Shown: positions 40,701 to 51,393 of the stretch, piece after piece
How the letters are laid out: every line of letters starts with the position of its first letter
Numbering within the stretch: position 1 is the first letter of the stretch
Origin: Mytilus californianus
Lineage: Eukaryota
Assembly: GCF_021869535.1 (NCBI RefSeq)
Contig: NW_026262734.1
Coordinates: forward strand, 87,048,001-87,112,000
Reading direction: 5' to 3'
Length of the DNA stretch: 64,000 bases
Made by a program: the position numbers and the translations under genes
Notes under the pieces: generated by a model
The model's input: the letters and a program-made list of their open reading frames with translations, nothing else
The model's database searches: none
What the model was told of the DNA's origin: nothing

Positions 40701-43700
40701 CAAGGATTTTCTAACAAAAACAAGCGTTACTAATCCCGGATTTCACGTAAATACAACATTTCATGTCCATATCTTATATTAAAGAAGAGACTAAGGAGCC
40801 GCTCGAAACACAAGAGTCAAGTAAAACTGAAAACGCCATGGCAAAAAAAAATATAGACAACGAAAAGACAAAACACTTTATAGAAAACTAAAGACTAAGC
40901 AACACAAAAAAAATGGATTTTAAATAATCTTAATTTATTACGAATAAATATTACGCAAAATTTGGAAAAAAAGTTCAAAACTAAGTTTACATATATTAAC
41001 TCTTATTCTTTTAAGCACAGCTTAATTATTATTTTTGTCAGGTTTTATTTATTTCTGTAATTTAATGTCTTGTGTTCTTGAAATTAACATGCAATACATG
41101 GCTTAATATTATGACGATTGATGCCATCACATTAGGATATGCCAAGCCTCCTATTGTCGCTTATGATGTTTTTAAAATAGCATTACTTAATTCATCCAAT
41201 ATATTATTGGGACTTGTTCTAGCTTAGGTATATACTCATTTGTCATCTGGAGAAGGAGAGGAAAGGGTAAGATGGGGCTACTGTTTGTGTCTTCGAAAAT
41301 AAAAAAAGAACAGTAGTACTACCAAATATCATCCGGTCAACTAATATATCGTATATGTATATAGATGTTACCAGAACGTCAGAAAACATCATTTACTTTT
41401 TTAAACTGTGTCTGGCATGTTTGCTCAAGAACTTCAAGCTACTTGGTTTTACTGCATAATTAAAACATATCCGAAGTAGTCTAATTGTGAGTTATAGCCA
41501 TTTATTCGTAATGCATTTTCAATAGGGTACAAGTGGTGTTCCATATTTTATTTCTCGAAGACTAGAAAAACTAGAAAAAAATTGGTAGCAGTTCCTGTTA
41601 CTAGAAATGTCAGCATTGCATCACAGCCAAACAAAATGTATTGTCATCCGGCAAAAGTTGACTTCAAATGAATTTGAAAAACAACATCTATTTTTTTAGC
41701 TAAATGAAAATGGCAAATTTTTAATGGCTCCCACTTGCAGAAATTGAATATACTTTCTATACTTTGCAAGATATGAATGTGATTTTCTGTATTTGTCAAA
41801 ACTTATTGCATAAGCTTTCGATTAAAAGTAATTCCAATCCTATATCATCCAATCAGAAGCCTTACAAGATTCTATTTTGAGTACCATCCTGGGGTAAAAA
41901 AAAACCTTGCAGGAAAAAATGTAAGCATATAATTGCGTTCTTGTAACCATATGAGCCAAGACCCTACCTACAAAAATATTTTGCAATGAGATGGTTTATA
42001 TAACTATATCAATTAATATTGCACACGTTTTATTTTTAATCAGATCTAAAATTATAATAGATCAAGTACATATATCATATATATTGCAAAGAATCTTTTA
42101 CAAAATGAAGGAATATAGATAGATTAAAATGTTATACATAATATCAGCTGATACTAGAAGTATGCCATAATGACTTGTACACTAAAAGAAATCAATACCT
42201 AAAACATCCATAAGGCATTAAAGTCGAAACGGTAAATTAAAAAAAAAATACGGATAAACTCAAAGCCATTTTAAAAACGAGAGCACATTGCGACTACAGA
42301 AAACAAAATCAAATAAAAGTGCTAACCATACTAAAAGTCTTTAAAATTCAGATGGAATATATTTTCTACGTCAGGAGTAGATTACCTTTTGTTTCCTATT
42401 TTGACATCGGACTCGGACTTCTCTTAAACTTAGTATTACTGTGCGTACTGTTGTGCGTTTGTTTTTTCTACATTGGCTAGAGGTAAAGGGGGAGGGTTGA
42501 GATCTCAAAAAACATGTTTGACCCCGCTGCATGATTGCGCCTGTCCCAAGTCAGGAGCCTTTGGCCTTTGTTAGTCTTGTATCATTTTTAGTTTTAGTTT
42601 CTTGTGTATAATTTGGAGTTTAGTATGACGTCCATTATCACTGAACTAGTATACATATTTGTTTAGGGGCCAGCTGAAGGACGCCTCCGGATGCGGGAGT
42701 TTCTCGCTGCATTGAAGACCCATTGGTGGCCTTCGACTGCTGTCTGCTCTATGGTTGGGTTGTTGTCTCTTTGACACATTCCCCATTTCCATTCTCAATT
42801 TTACCTTAGCTGTATTTGGCAAAACTTTTAGAAATTTTTGGTCCTCAATGCTCTTCAACTTCGTACTTTATTTGGCTTTTTTAACTTTTTTTTTATTCGA
42901 GCGTCACTGAGGAGTCTTTTGTAGACGAAACGCGCGTCTGGCGCAAATACAAAATTTCAATCCTTGTATCTATGATGAGTTTATTTGTACATTACTGATA
43001 GTCATATTTTCATGATCAGAATTAATAAACAAATAAGATGGAAACTTAGCTTATGATTTATTGAAAAATAACTCGAATCTTACTTAATTTTTTTGGACCA
43101 ATTTCTTACAGTCAACATTACGAGCATCTGTTTGGGCTTCGTACAAAGCTGAACAATTTTGGAAGACCCATCCGGCGACGTACGTTGCATGGCGGTACAT
43201 AGCAACAAAGGCAGGACTTATCAGGGTATATCCCGGAGTTTTGTTACTAAAATCATATGACCACGAGAAGCGAGCTTGGTAAACATTATCATACGCTGTT
43301 GTGCTGTTAGTTAATAGTCAGACCCAACATAACCTTGAATTAATAATTGCATTGAATTTGTGACAGTATGCCAAATTGCAAACACACATCGTTAAAGACA
43401 AGACATGGAATTATTTAGAATTTCTCAAATTGATTATAAACTTTATTAGCTATTAATACATTTTGTTTGAAAAGCCTTATTATGAAATAGCTTGTTTTTT
43501 TTTAAAAATAAGTCGCTTGTTTCTAATACAAGTAGAAATTGATAATGCTATTTTTAAAAGTAGAACAATTCTTAATGTCCAACATTGTTTTCAAAATAAA
43601 TTGAGAGCGTTAACCCATGACTTCAAAACGTCAACCATTAATTACAAGATAGTCCTTCAATGTCTCCCAAAAAAAAACCATGATATTTAATATTGTAGTT

Positions 43701-46700
43701 CTAGCATTATTACTTTCACACAAAGGACATTACATAAAATTTGATATCCTTCATTTGTTATGCTGTAGCATAAAATAAGATGTAATTGCTGAAAGACCCC
43801 TTCCTAAATTATTGAAATCAATTGTTTAACATTAATCACTATATCTTGATAAATATTAAAAATTCACGCAATCTGACAAACGCTCTCATGTGTGTATCGA
43901 ATACAAATATAATATGGCGTGAATATCATTGCCAGGTGGCGACAGACAATGGCACACCCAGACACCATGTTTTTAACAACGCCATATGTTGACGCCTGGG
44001 GATCTGGAATAGTTCTTTCCTTTGTACATACTATACATAAAAAAGGGTGATTATAATTTATATTGTTATAAGTAAATGTTGTGCAAAACTCAAAACTAAC
44101 AAAAATGCAAAATAGACTGAAAAAAAGCGTAAAATACCATGGGTACATTCAAAACTCATAAGTAAATAAGAAAACGACAGCACCATTACAAAATACAAAG
44201 GACGATATAATACCAACAAATTCTCTAACACTACATAGAAAACTAAAGACTGAGCATCACGAATCACACAAAAACATTGGGCTGGTGTCGGGTGTGCTCT
44301 GATACATTGATGGTACTCGACATAGTGTTCAATGAAAAAATAGAGGTCTTACTTTATAAACTTCCCCAGGGTTAACACTTGTTATGCATTGCGGTATATT
44401 TTCCAGCAGTATGATACAAAAATGCCAGGGAAGACTGGACCAGTGGAACCCCAATGCGCCTTTTGTGTTTTACCTGGTTTACAAAAAGCTTTAAAAGTGT
44501 TATAGATCGAGGGAAGCAAAATTCAATTTGGTTATTAAATCAGGCATGGAGTTTGGGGACTTTTGTCTTAACATCTTTACACATTGTTAAATTTTAGTAT
44601 CTACCTTTAACATAAGTAAGCTAATGATACATAAAATAACAAAAACTGCATGAACCAAAGAGTTTGACAAATCATACCAACCACTTACAGCAAACTTATA
44701 ACTATTTTATTACTTCATCTTGTTGATACTATCTGTCTGCATTTCTTAAGTTTGACCTATGTTGCAGTTTTTTCCTACAAAATTTATTATTTAAATCATA
44801 TGTTGTTTACATTTCTACATGTAGATAGTATTTTTCTCTAATATCAGAAAAAAACATATTAATCAATTATATGCTTTTTTGAATGTTTTTAAGATGGATG
44901 TTTGGTTAGTTATTTATGGAACTGAAATTCTGGGATGTTTTTGCTTTGAATGATTATGTTAACTGTCAAATAAGTAACATTTATTTTAATTACATATTGT
45001 TTTATTTACATATTTATTTATGTTTGTAGATCTAATATAGTAACTGCTGCAGCTGGTGCAGATTTTCCATTGGAATACTTCAATTGGTTCATAACAAGTG
45101 TCTATCCATCTTGTGGCGATAACAGGTAAAACTTGAAAAACGTAATATCTAATTATATTTCCTCGTTAAGAAAAAGTCCAGAAAACGACTGAGCACATTG
45201 GTGGAAATAAAACAAAAAACTTCTGAAATCCATAAATAAAAAACACCTTCTGTGTGTTTATATTTTACATGCTTATTGTTGATGAATGTTTCCTTTTACT
45301 GCATTTGTACTCTCTTTTTGGTGACATGAATTTTAGGGTTGATGAACAATCTCTAATTACGGTTTATTTTATTTAAGTGGGTACAGATGTATTATCGTAG
45401 ATGACAGTGGATTTGTAGTTATGCACCCACGACTGAAAGAGACTACTGAAGAATCTGCATTTGAGGAACCAAAACATATAACTGTAGAGGTTAGATTACC
45501 ATTATAGTACTATACCTACTGAACATTGTTAAAAACTAACAAAATTTAAATATATGTATACATATGAGTTTTATGTCCGTTACCTATATATATATATAAA
45601 ATGACTGAATAATAGCCAACGATAAATCTTACGGGGCGATGGATCATAAAATTATGATACATTACACTACAAAATATAATATATAACAAGTCTAAAAATC
45701 TTACTGATGAAGGATATTAGTTATCCGAAATATCTAAAATTTGTTCATGATTTAATTTTTTTTTGATGATGTTGTACCCTTTTAGACTAAATATACAATG
45801 TTCTCTGTGTTGAAGCATGGAAGTAAGGTCTTGAATGTAACTTTACAAGTTCTAAGTTTGCAATTCAAAATTTTGTGATATCAGAGTCTATGTATCTCCA
45901 ATCACCAGTATCATTTTAGCTCTGTCCTATATTCTAAATATTAAATCTGTCTATAGAACAACGTAACTGGTTTTGCCATGTTCCAGCTTGCTAATGTTAG
46001 ATGGATTTTGATTGCAAGGAATTAGATGTAACCACATCGTGGCGTTTGGTACTATTCCATTTAACATGTTTAAAGTTATATTTTCATTCCCATGTGTTGT
46101 CTTTTCTATTGTTGAATGCTTGACCTATTAATGGTGTGTATTAAACAACACGACCAATACAATTTGTGTTACATTTATGCTTGATGCTTGGGTAACTATG
46201 CCGAGGATCTCTGTAAGGATTAATCAACATTAACCATACTAATGCTTAATGAAGAGTATCGTTTCGTTTTATTTTTGGTTGGTTTTATCTCTATCGATTT
46301 ATGAGTTTCGAAAACAGCGGTATACTACTGTTGCCTTTATTTACTTCTAAGAACTAATGCTAAGACAGACAACGATAGATTCCCAAATGATATTTCGTTT
46401 GAAAAAGGAATGATTACCGAATGTACAGAAGATAAGTAATGTGTTTAAATCTCGTTGACATCATGACAAGAAATGGAAATCCGATAGCTGCAGTACTGCA
46501 GTAAAGAAAATGAATACATCCAATTACAGGAACCTGGTATTGCTAATATACTGAAAAGAGAAGGCGTGTTAAACTCAAAAGACTGCCAAGATTATTCGAC
46601 GAATAAAGATCTTTGGTCCTATAGAGTGAGTATGTTTTGGTCAAAACCTAAATACAAGTAGATATAAGAAGATGTGGTATGGGTGCCAATGAGACAACTC

Positions 46701-49700
46701 TCCATCCAAGTCACACTTTGTAAAAGTAAACCATCATAGGTCAAAGTACGGTCTTCAACACGGAGACTTGGCTCACACCGAACAGCAAGCTATTAAGGGC
46801 CCCAAAAATGACTAGTGTAAAACCATTCAAACGGAAAAACCAACGGACTAATCTATATAAAAAACGAGAAACACTTATGAACCGAAACAAACAAACGACA
46901 ACCAAGAACCTTTATGAAGGTCTTTATGAAAAACATTTACAAGGATAAATAGAGGTACGTTTGAATAACATTTTTGAAATATATTTGGTTTTCTATTCAC
47001 ATAAAAATATATTATGTGCATTTGTTTTCTTTATTAGCTCACACATATACCAAGTTTACGCGTTACGTCATATTATTTCTGTTTTAATAAAGAGTGAGTT
47101 ACGGTGAAGTATAACTTCAAGAAAGATAATTATAATGTATTTTGACGGAGATATTGCAACATTATAGTTAACATCAAATTGAATTTAATTTTGTATTTAT
47201 CATTTCGAAAGGTGACGGTTCCTTCCGGGAAATCTAGTGGACTAAACTTCGCAGACACAGATAATACATTTGAAATACGACCTATTACTGATACCAATCT
47301 GTTCATTATTAGAAGCCGTTCAACTCCAGCTTCTTCAACATGTACTTGTGTAAGTTAACATTGAAATAAATATGATTTCTTAAAACACAAATAATGCATA
47401 TAGCCATTTACAAATAAATGTCAAGTAGCCATCGTATTTCTCTGTTTAAGCAGTTTTATGTTATGATAAGATACGTTGATAAGTCTGCTAATGGAAAAAT
47501 AACATTTAGATTGCAAACATATAGATAATCAAAACTATTTCATACACATTTATGTGGCGTACCTATTAATGTCGTTTAAAGTTGTTTTAGCTGAATATTT
47601 AAGTGTATAGTCATCCAAGTATGCTAGCAGTCTTTCTGATTTTTAGTTTATCTATTCTAAGTTTATGAACGCATACAATATTATAATGAAATGATACATT
47701 CTACATAATTTTTCTAATAGTAGGAAGTGGGTGTAATTTTAGCTTTTTTATTTCTTTAAAATCATAGGACGGCTCGAAGTCACCAGATGTTGTAGAGTGT
47801 AAGAACAACTGTAACTGTCTGTGTCATAGCTACATCATCTATGATGTTTGTGCCAACAAGTATAATACAGAGTAAGTATAAGTCGCAGTAACTTACTTTT
47901 CGAACGCTTATTCAATCTTGATGGTGTAATGTGTTTTGAAGTCATGGAAGTTTGTTATAAAGAGAAAGCTAGCAATATGACAATAACATTGTGTGAATTG
48001 AAGAGAAACCAATACAACGTCGAATAAAACACATGAAAAAAAAACAATAGTCTACAAAACAGTACAGAGAAAACTGAAGACAGAGCAACTAGAATACAGC
48101 GAAAACCGAAAAAATCTGAAAGGAACGCTATTACAACGATTTTATTCAAAATGGATACATAAAAAACAGTCAAGTGTTATTCATCATGTCAAGTTATAAA
48201 AGACCCGAATAGTTTTATCTGCATATAAAACTGACTGTATAAGATTTCTCACCAACACCAATGTCCTTGAAAGATTTATAAAGTTATAACAATCAATGAA
48301 TACTTATCATGCTTATGATATATTCCATTTCATGATATACACATGAACATACGATGTATCACCTATGCGCAAGGAAGGATTAGCAAAAAGTATGTTACCT
48401 TTATTGAATGGTTATTTTAGAATTGATTTCATGGTGCAGCTATTTACTGATGTTTTTCATGTCATATTTGCTCAATTCTTTTTTAAAGATTGTAATCGCA
48501 GAAATATATATATATATATATATGTATTTTTTGTACGTTTAGATCTGCTACTTTACCATGCAGTGCGAGACTCCCTGATACATCAGGAGTTAGTGAACCT
48601 GACGTAACAGATGGACTGAAAGCATGCAATGTTCCGACATGTCATCTCAAATCAACAAACCAGTAGGTTGACTTATGTTTTATTACTGACTAACGACATG
48701 AAAAACGTTACGATTTACGTTTTTTTACCTATTTCCTGGTGTTAATATAATCTCTGTTCCAACTTGTGACATTTTAATATCTTAAATGACGCTACGTATG
48801 AATATTCACATTATACGGGGTTCTTCAATAAGGCTATTATCCTGAGGCAAAGAAAAACCCAACAGATCCAGTACTTTATGAGAGAAAAACATTATAATAA
48901 CTGTATAATGCATGCTTTCAAATGTCGTACTTTACAATATAAAGACAACCCATTCACATACCAAAAACTAATCAAAGATACAGACACTCTACCGATCGCA
49001 CTAAAATGGCCTATTGTTATCGAAGTAAGCCAAAGTCTTATTTACAATGTGTACCTATATTCTGGTCTTTTCAGTAATTAAGTGGGATCCATGGTACTGA
49101 ATCTTTTATTGTATGTGTGCTATTTTAGGGATTGTTTTAGCGAGTCAGAATGTAGCTGGTGTGAGTACACGGACATTGGTGAACAGATAGAAACACCATG
49201 TTGTAGACTAAAGGAGGAATGCACATTCGGTAAAACAAAGTCTACAAAAAGAGATACTTGTGGTATGTTTTAACAAATACATAGATAGATAGATGACATA
49301 CTCTAAAATCAGTAGTCGGGGTTATCTAAGTTTTTTTTCAAAACTTTTTTACTAATTATAAAAAAGAAGATGTGGTATGATTGCCAATGAGACAATTCTT
49401 CACAAGAGACCAAATGAAACAGAACTTAATATCTATCATCTTCAACAATGAGCAAAGCCCATACCGCATAGTCAGCTGTAAAAGGCCCCGAAATGACAAA
49501 TATAAATAAAAATCAGACGAGAAAACTATCGGCCTAATTTATGTACAAAATAAAATGAACGAAAAACAAACATGTTACACAGCAACAAACGACAACTAAA
49601 AAACAGGCTTCTGACTTGGGACAGGAACATACATACAGAATGTGGCGGATTTAAACATGTTAGCGGGATGCCAACCATCTCCCTAATCTGGGACAGTGGT

Positions 49701-51393
49701 ATAACAGTACAACATAAGAACGAACTATACAAATCAGTTGAAAAAGACTTAACTCATCAGATGGATGCAATTAGAAATACATCTAACAAAAACACAGAGT
49801 TGACGTGGCCGGGTACTTGTACATTCCAGCAACAAAAAAACACTAAGTACAGATCTGAGCTCAAGCGTACTCGCAGTATCTGACAGCTAAACCAATATTG
49901 ACTTCTGTGTGTTTGTGTTCTTATTTATATGTTTCGGAGTTTAGTTTGACGTCCATTTTCACTGAACTAATACACATTTTTTTTTAGAGGCCAGCTAAAC
50001 CCGCCTCCGGGTGCGGGATTTTCTCGCTGTGTTGATGACCCATTGGTGGCCTTGGGCTGTTTAATGCTCTTTGGTATGGTTGTTGTGTCTTTGGCACATT
50101 CCCCATTTCCATTCTCAATTTTAATTTCCGTTATTTTTATCTGCTTTTCAACAATAAATATTGTAATAACTTAAATTCGAGGTAAAATCACAACTCAGAG
50201 TGTCGACGAAAACACATATAAGTCAAGTTAACCATAGCTCAATTGGACAACAATTTAACAATATAATTTTCTTAAATTGATCAAATATGGTTTTATTTAT
50301 GTATCATCTTTTCTGATAATATTTGGTTACACAGTTGAACATTTTTAAATTCCGTCTTTTTGATAAAGAGTCTAAGCGGTTTATACTTGATTTTCATATC
50401 CACTTCATATGTGCCTGTTTAATGCTAGTTATATTAATTCATTTTCATGTTGAATTGCTGTCCCTTCTTGCTGCTGATTACTGTCAGGTGTCCCGAACTG
50501 ATGTCCATAGAGGCGTTTCTCTCATAGGATGTTGTTTGGTTTTTTTCAGGGATCTCGAAGTTAATGATCATCAAAAATTCCAAACTGATATTGTAGATTT
50601 TACATCGGTATATGCAATGGTATTTTTATATACTTGACATCATATCGAAATCAAATAAAGATTTCTATTAGATATTTTAAAATATTCAATTTATATTTCT
50701 AAGAACACAACTGAATTCATATGTTATGTCTCAACTCAGAAAAAAAATGTTTTATTAACGAATCAGCGGCTTCATGTATGCGTTTTCTTAAATATGTTTC
50801 ACTGTGAAGGCGTTACAACTGTTTATGCTTGTCAAAAAGTACGGCTTTTCTCGGGTATCAGTTTTCTTCCCAGTTTTTCGATAAATCATGTTTCATACTA
50901 TGAAGTTGTAGCATCTCAGGCATACGATTTTATTATTGAAATCTAATAACTACGGTTATACATGTATGTGGTTGTGCAATAATTACCTTATTGCATTTTG
51001 CATTTCGATATATATTATATTTAACGAAAGATTTTCATTGTATATCATTTATTTTTTTTAGCACCGGTGACTACAACAACAGCAACAACCAAAGCACCAC
51101 CAATCACCGAATCTAGTAAAATGGCAGCAATAGTTGGTGGATCTATAGCTGCTGGAATATTAATCGTTCTTCTTGTATATGGAATAAGAAGATACTGTCA
51201 ATATTATCAGAAAACCCATGACAATGTCGACCCATATTTAAATGCTATTCCTGATAACCCAAATGAGCTTCATCAATTTTCAGAGAAGGATGAATTCAGT
51301 GGTAAAGATCGATATCCGCCTCCTTATCAGCGGGGACATAATCCAAACTTTTATGTTGATAATACGGGATTTACTGCTGAAAATGCTATATGA
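22611..51393 (+). CDS. CACHD1: VWA and Cache domain-containing membrane protein (CACHD1 / alpha-2-delta family), 23 coding exons, 1146 aa
   Basis: Exons joined by hand with GT-AG sites and matching phases: 22611-22745, 26051-26113, 27749-27922, 29061-29269, 30746-30911, 32722-32950, 34881-35006, 36493-36566, 37244-37388, 37764-38043, 39056-39167, 39763-39943, 40610-40746, 43112-43278, 43936-44046, 45030-45125, 45378-45489, 46530-46625, 47212-47349, 47768-47871, 48543-48662, 49129-49262, 51062-51393 (3441 nt, no internal stop). Signal peptide; WQHYSTTEGVSVIYP..FDPRF pre-VWA motif; VWA KDVVLVIDTSSSM and IILFISDG; Cache motifs PYVDPFSGVG, YAFLIDGTGRALMHP, PYVDAWGSG, IVDDSGFVVMHP; TM helix. Family is secure; strict orthology to CACHD1 is not (may be a lineage-specific paralogue). 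Confidence 0.9.
22681..23318 (+). repeat. Degenerate tandem array (8 units, about 75-90 bp) of the 3' half of exon 1 plus its splice donor
   Basis: ATGGCAATAAGTTGGCACAGGAACT..AAGAT.AAGGAAGATATTGG..AATTATATGCAGGTAAT repeated 7 more times into intron 1. Confidence 0.85.
26051..26113 (+). CDS. CACHD1-like exon 2
   Basis: tttatttcag|EQFNNFPYEIKSDTGNQLLER|gtaaga, phase 0-0. Confidence 0.8.
27749..27922 (+). CDS. CACHD1-like exon 3
   Basis: tgtag|IQLSLDTSLNDLNLVINDVNSK...RCCDLQDSALTYLPEFQSK|gtaagt, phase 0-0. Confidence 0.85.
29061..29269 (+). CDS. CACHD1-like exon 4 (pre-VWA region)
   Basis: ttttag|VDLNKACV...LWQHYSTTEGVSVIYPATKWHNCQNFDPRF|gtaaga, phase 0-2. Confidence 0.9.
30330..30700 (+). 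mobile_element. SINE-like repeat; inverted relative at about 26130-26515
   Basis: Shared CAAGGG(T)TGACTGGGG...CACGTCCGGTC block and a CAAT-repeat tail. Confidence 0.5.
30746..30911 (+). CDS. CACHD1-like exon 5 (VWA start, MIDAS DxSxS)
   Basis: gttag|SSYAAAASPTDKDVVLVIDTSSSMRQ...AANNVLQTLKPNDR|gtaggt, phase 2-0. Confidence 0.92.
32722..32950 (+). CDS. CACHD1-like exon 6 (VWA)
   Basis: tttttcag|VGIVRFDKNAY...ESNFANALFSAFNYYNSTDEDVQVENR|gtaagt, phase 0-1. Confidence 0.9.
33900..34035. mobile_element. Short hairpin-shaped MITE
   Basis: GGACTTT..GTTAAAAC.TTATATATGGACCTGTT mirrored by AACAGGTCCATATATAACGTTTTAAC..AAAGTCC. Confidence 0.55.
34881..35006 (+). CDS. CACHD1-like exon 7 (VWA)
   Basis: cttttcag|KIILFISDGMSSSGKNPVQVISDENSKYNNKITIFTYLIGQ|gtaaat, phase 1-1. 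Confidence 0.9.
35150..35330 (+). mobile_element. Hammerhead-bearing interspersed repeat with mutated core (35249-35290); further copies at about 28490-28630 (+), 42805-42985 (+), 24578-24619 (-), 25945-25995 (-), 11800-11850 (-)
   Basis: Shared block TACCTTAGCTGTATTTGG...CTCAATGCTCTTCAACTTCGTAC...GAGCGTCA(C/G)TGATGAGTC...GAAACGCGCGTCTGGCG. Confidence 0.75.
36493..36566 (+). CDS. CACHD1-like exon 8
   Basis: taatag|ESAKVQLQSMANQDLYNPSVGPKQ|gtaggt, phase 1-0. Confidence 0.82.
37244..37388 (+). CDS. CACHD1-like exon 9 (Cache)
   Basis: tttttag|IGHFEYFDQ...TFTVPYVDPFSGV|gtaggt, phase 0-1. Confidence 0.9.
37764..38043 (+). CDS. CACHD1-like exon 10 (Cache)
   Basis: ctgcag|LITSLCRRVHVSTGFHGVMCTDV...YAFLIDGTGRALMHP...SVIESMK|gtagaa, phase 1-2. 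Confidence 0.92.
39056..39167 (+). CDS. CACHD1-like exon 11
   Basis: ttttcag|GGTGSKSFAKFFTKPRGTLVNDGSSDISRQAHFFWGP|gtacgt, phase 2-0. Confidence 0.87.
39763..39943 (+). CDS. CACHD1-like exon 12
   Basis: tttcag|IPNSNFSVCVVLV...FSNCKFYKRRVTL|gtaggt, phase 0-1. Confidence 0.88.
40610..40746 (+). CDS. CACHD1-like exon 13
   Basis: catttcag|RSCVKFSQAAFENPFQYLDRDET...TNPGFH|gtaaat, phase 1-0. Confidence 0.88.
42362..42805 (+). mobile_element. Interspersed repeat family 2; copies at about 15945-16272 (+), 49893-50122 (+), 58283-58600 (-)
   Basis: ACATTGGCTAGAGGTA...GAAGACCCATTGGTGGCCTT...GACACATTCCCCATTTCCATTCTCAATTTT shared between copies. Confidence 0.8.
42902..42943 (+). ncRNA. Minimal type I hammerhead ribozyme, intact core (retrozyme/PLE-type repeat)
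   Basis: CGTCA-CTGAGGA-GTCttttgtaGAC-GAAA-CGCGCG-TC-TGGCG. Confidence 0.75.
43112..43278 (+). CDS. CACHD1-like exon 14
   Basis: tcttacag|STLRASVW...WRYIATKAGLIRVYPGVLLLKSYDHEKRA|gtaaac, phase 0-2. Confidence 0.9.
43936..44046 (+). CDS. CACHD1-like exon 15 (second Cache pair)
   Basis: ttgccag|WRQTMAHPDTMFLTTPYVDAWGSGIVLSFVHTIHKK|gtgatt, phase 2-2. Confidence 0.88.
45030..45125 (+). CDS. CACHD1-like exon 16
   Basis: tttgtag|SNIVTAAAGADFPLEYFNWFITSVYPSCGDN|gtaaaa, phase 2-2. Confidence 0.88.
45378..45489 (+). CDS. CACHD1-like exon 17
   Basis: atttaag|GYRCIIVDDSGFVVMHPRLKETTEESAFEEPKHITVE|gttaga, phase 2-0; a second in-frame acceptor (tacag) would start the exon at 45387. Confidence 0.85.
46530..46625 (+). 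CDS. CACHD1-like exon 18
   Basis: attacag|EPGIANILKREGVLNSKDCQDYSTNKDLWSYR|gtgagt, phase 0-0. Confidence 0.88.
47212..47349 (+). CDS. CACHD1-like exon 19
   Basis: cgaaag|VTVPSGKSSGLNFADTDNTFEIRPITDTNLFIIRSRSTPASSTCTC|gtaagt, phase 0-0. Confidence 0.85.
47768..47871 (+). CDS. CACHD1-like exon 20 (Cys-rich)
   Basis: atcatag|DGSKSPDVVECKNNCNCLCHSYIIYDVCANKYNT|gtaagt, phase 0-2. Confidence 0.87.
48543..48662 (+). CDS. CACHD1-like exon 21
   Basis: gtttag|SATLPCSARLPDTSGVSEPDVTDGLKACNVPTCHLKSTN|gtaggt, phase 2-2. Confidence 0.87.
49129..49262 (+). CDS. CACHD1-like exon 22 (Cys-rich, PSI-like)
   Basis: attttag|DCFSESECSWCEYTDIGEQIETPCCRLKEECTFGKTKSTKRDTC|gtatgt, phase 2-1. Confidence 0.88.
51062..51393 (+). 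CDS. CACHD1-like exon 23 (Thr-rich stalk, TM helix, cytoplasmic tail, stop)
   Basis: ttttttag|PVTTTTATTKAPP..AAIVGGSIAAGILIVLLVYGI RRY...YPPPY...ENAI-TGA, phase 1 in. Confidence 0.9.

Noticed and set aside
44405-44500. Exon-like stretch in intron 15 (QYDTKMPGKTGPVEPQCAFC)
   Set aside because: Phase does not fit exon 15 to 16 and no good donor follows.
50323-50640. Moderately complex segment with ORF 50323..50637 and broken - strand frames
   Set aside because: No recognisable motif or usable splice phase; may be a decayed transposon but I cannot support a call.
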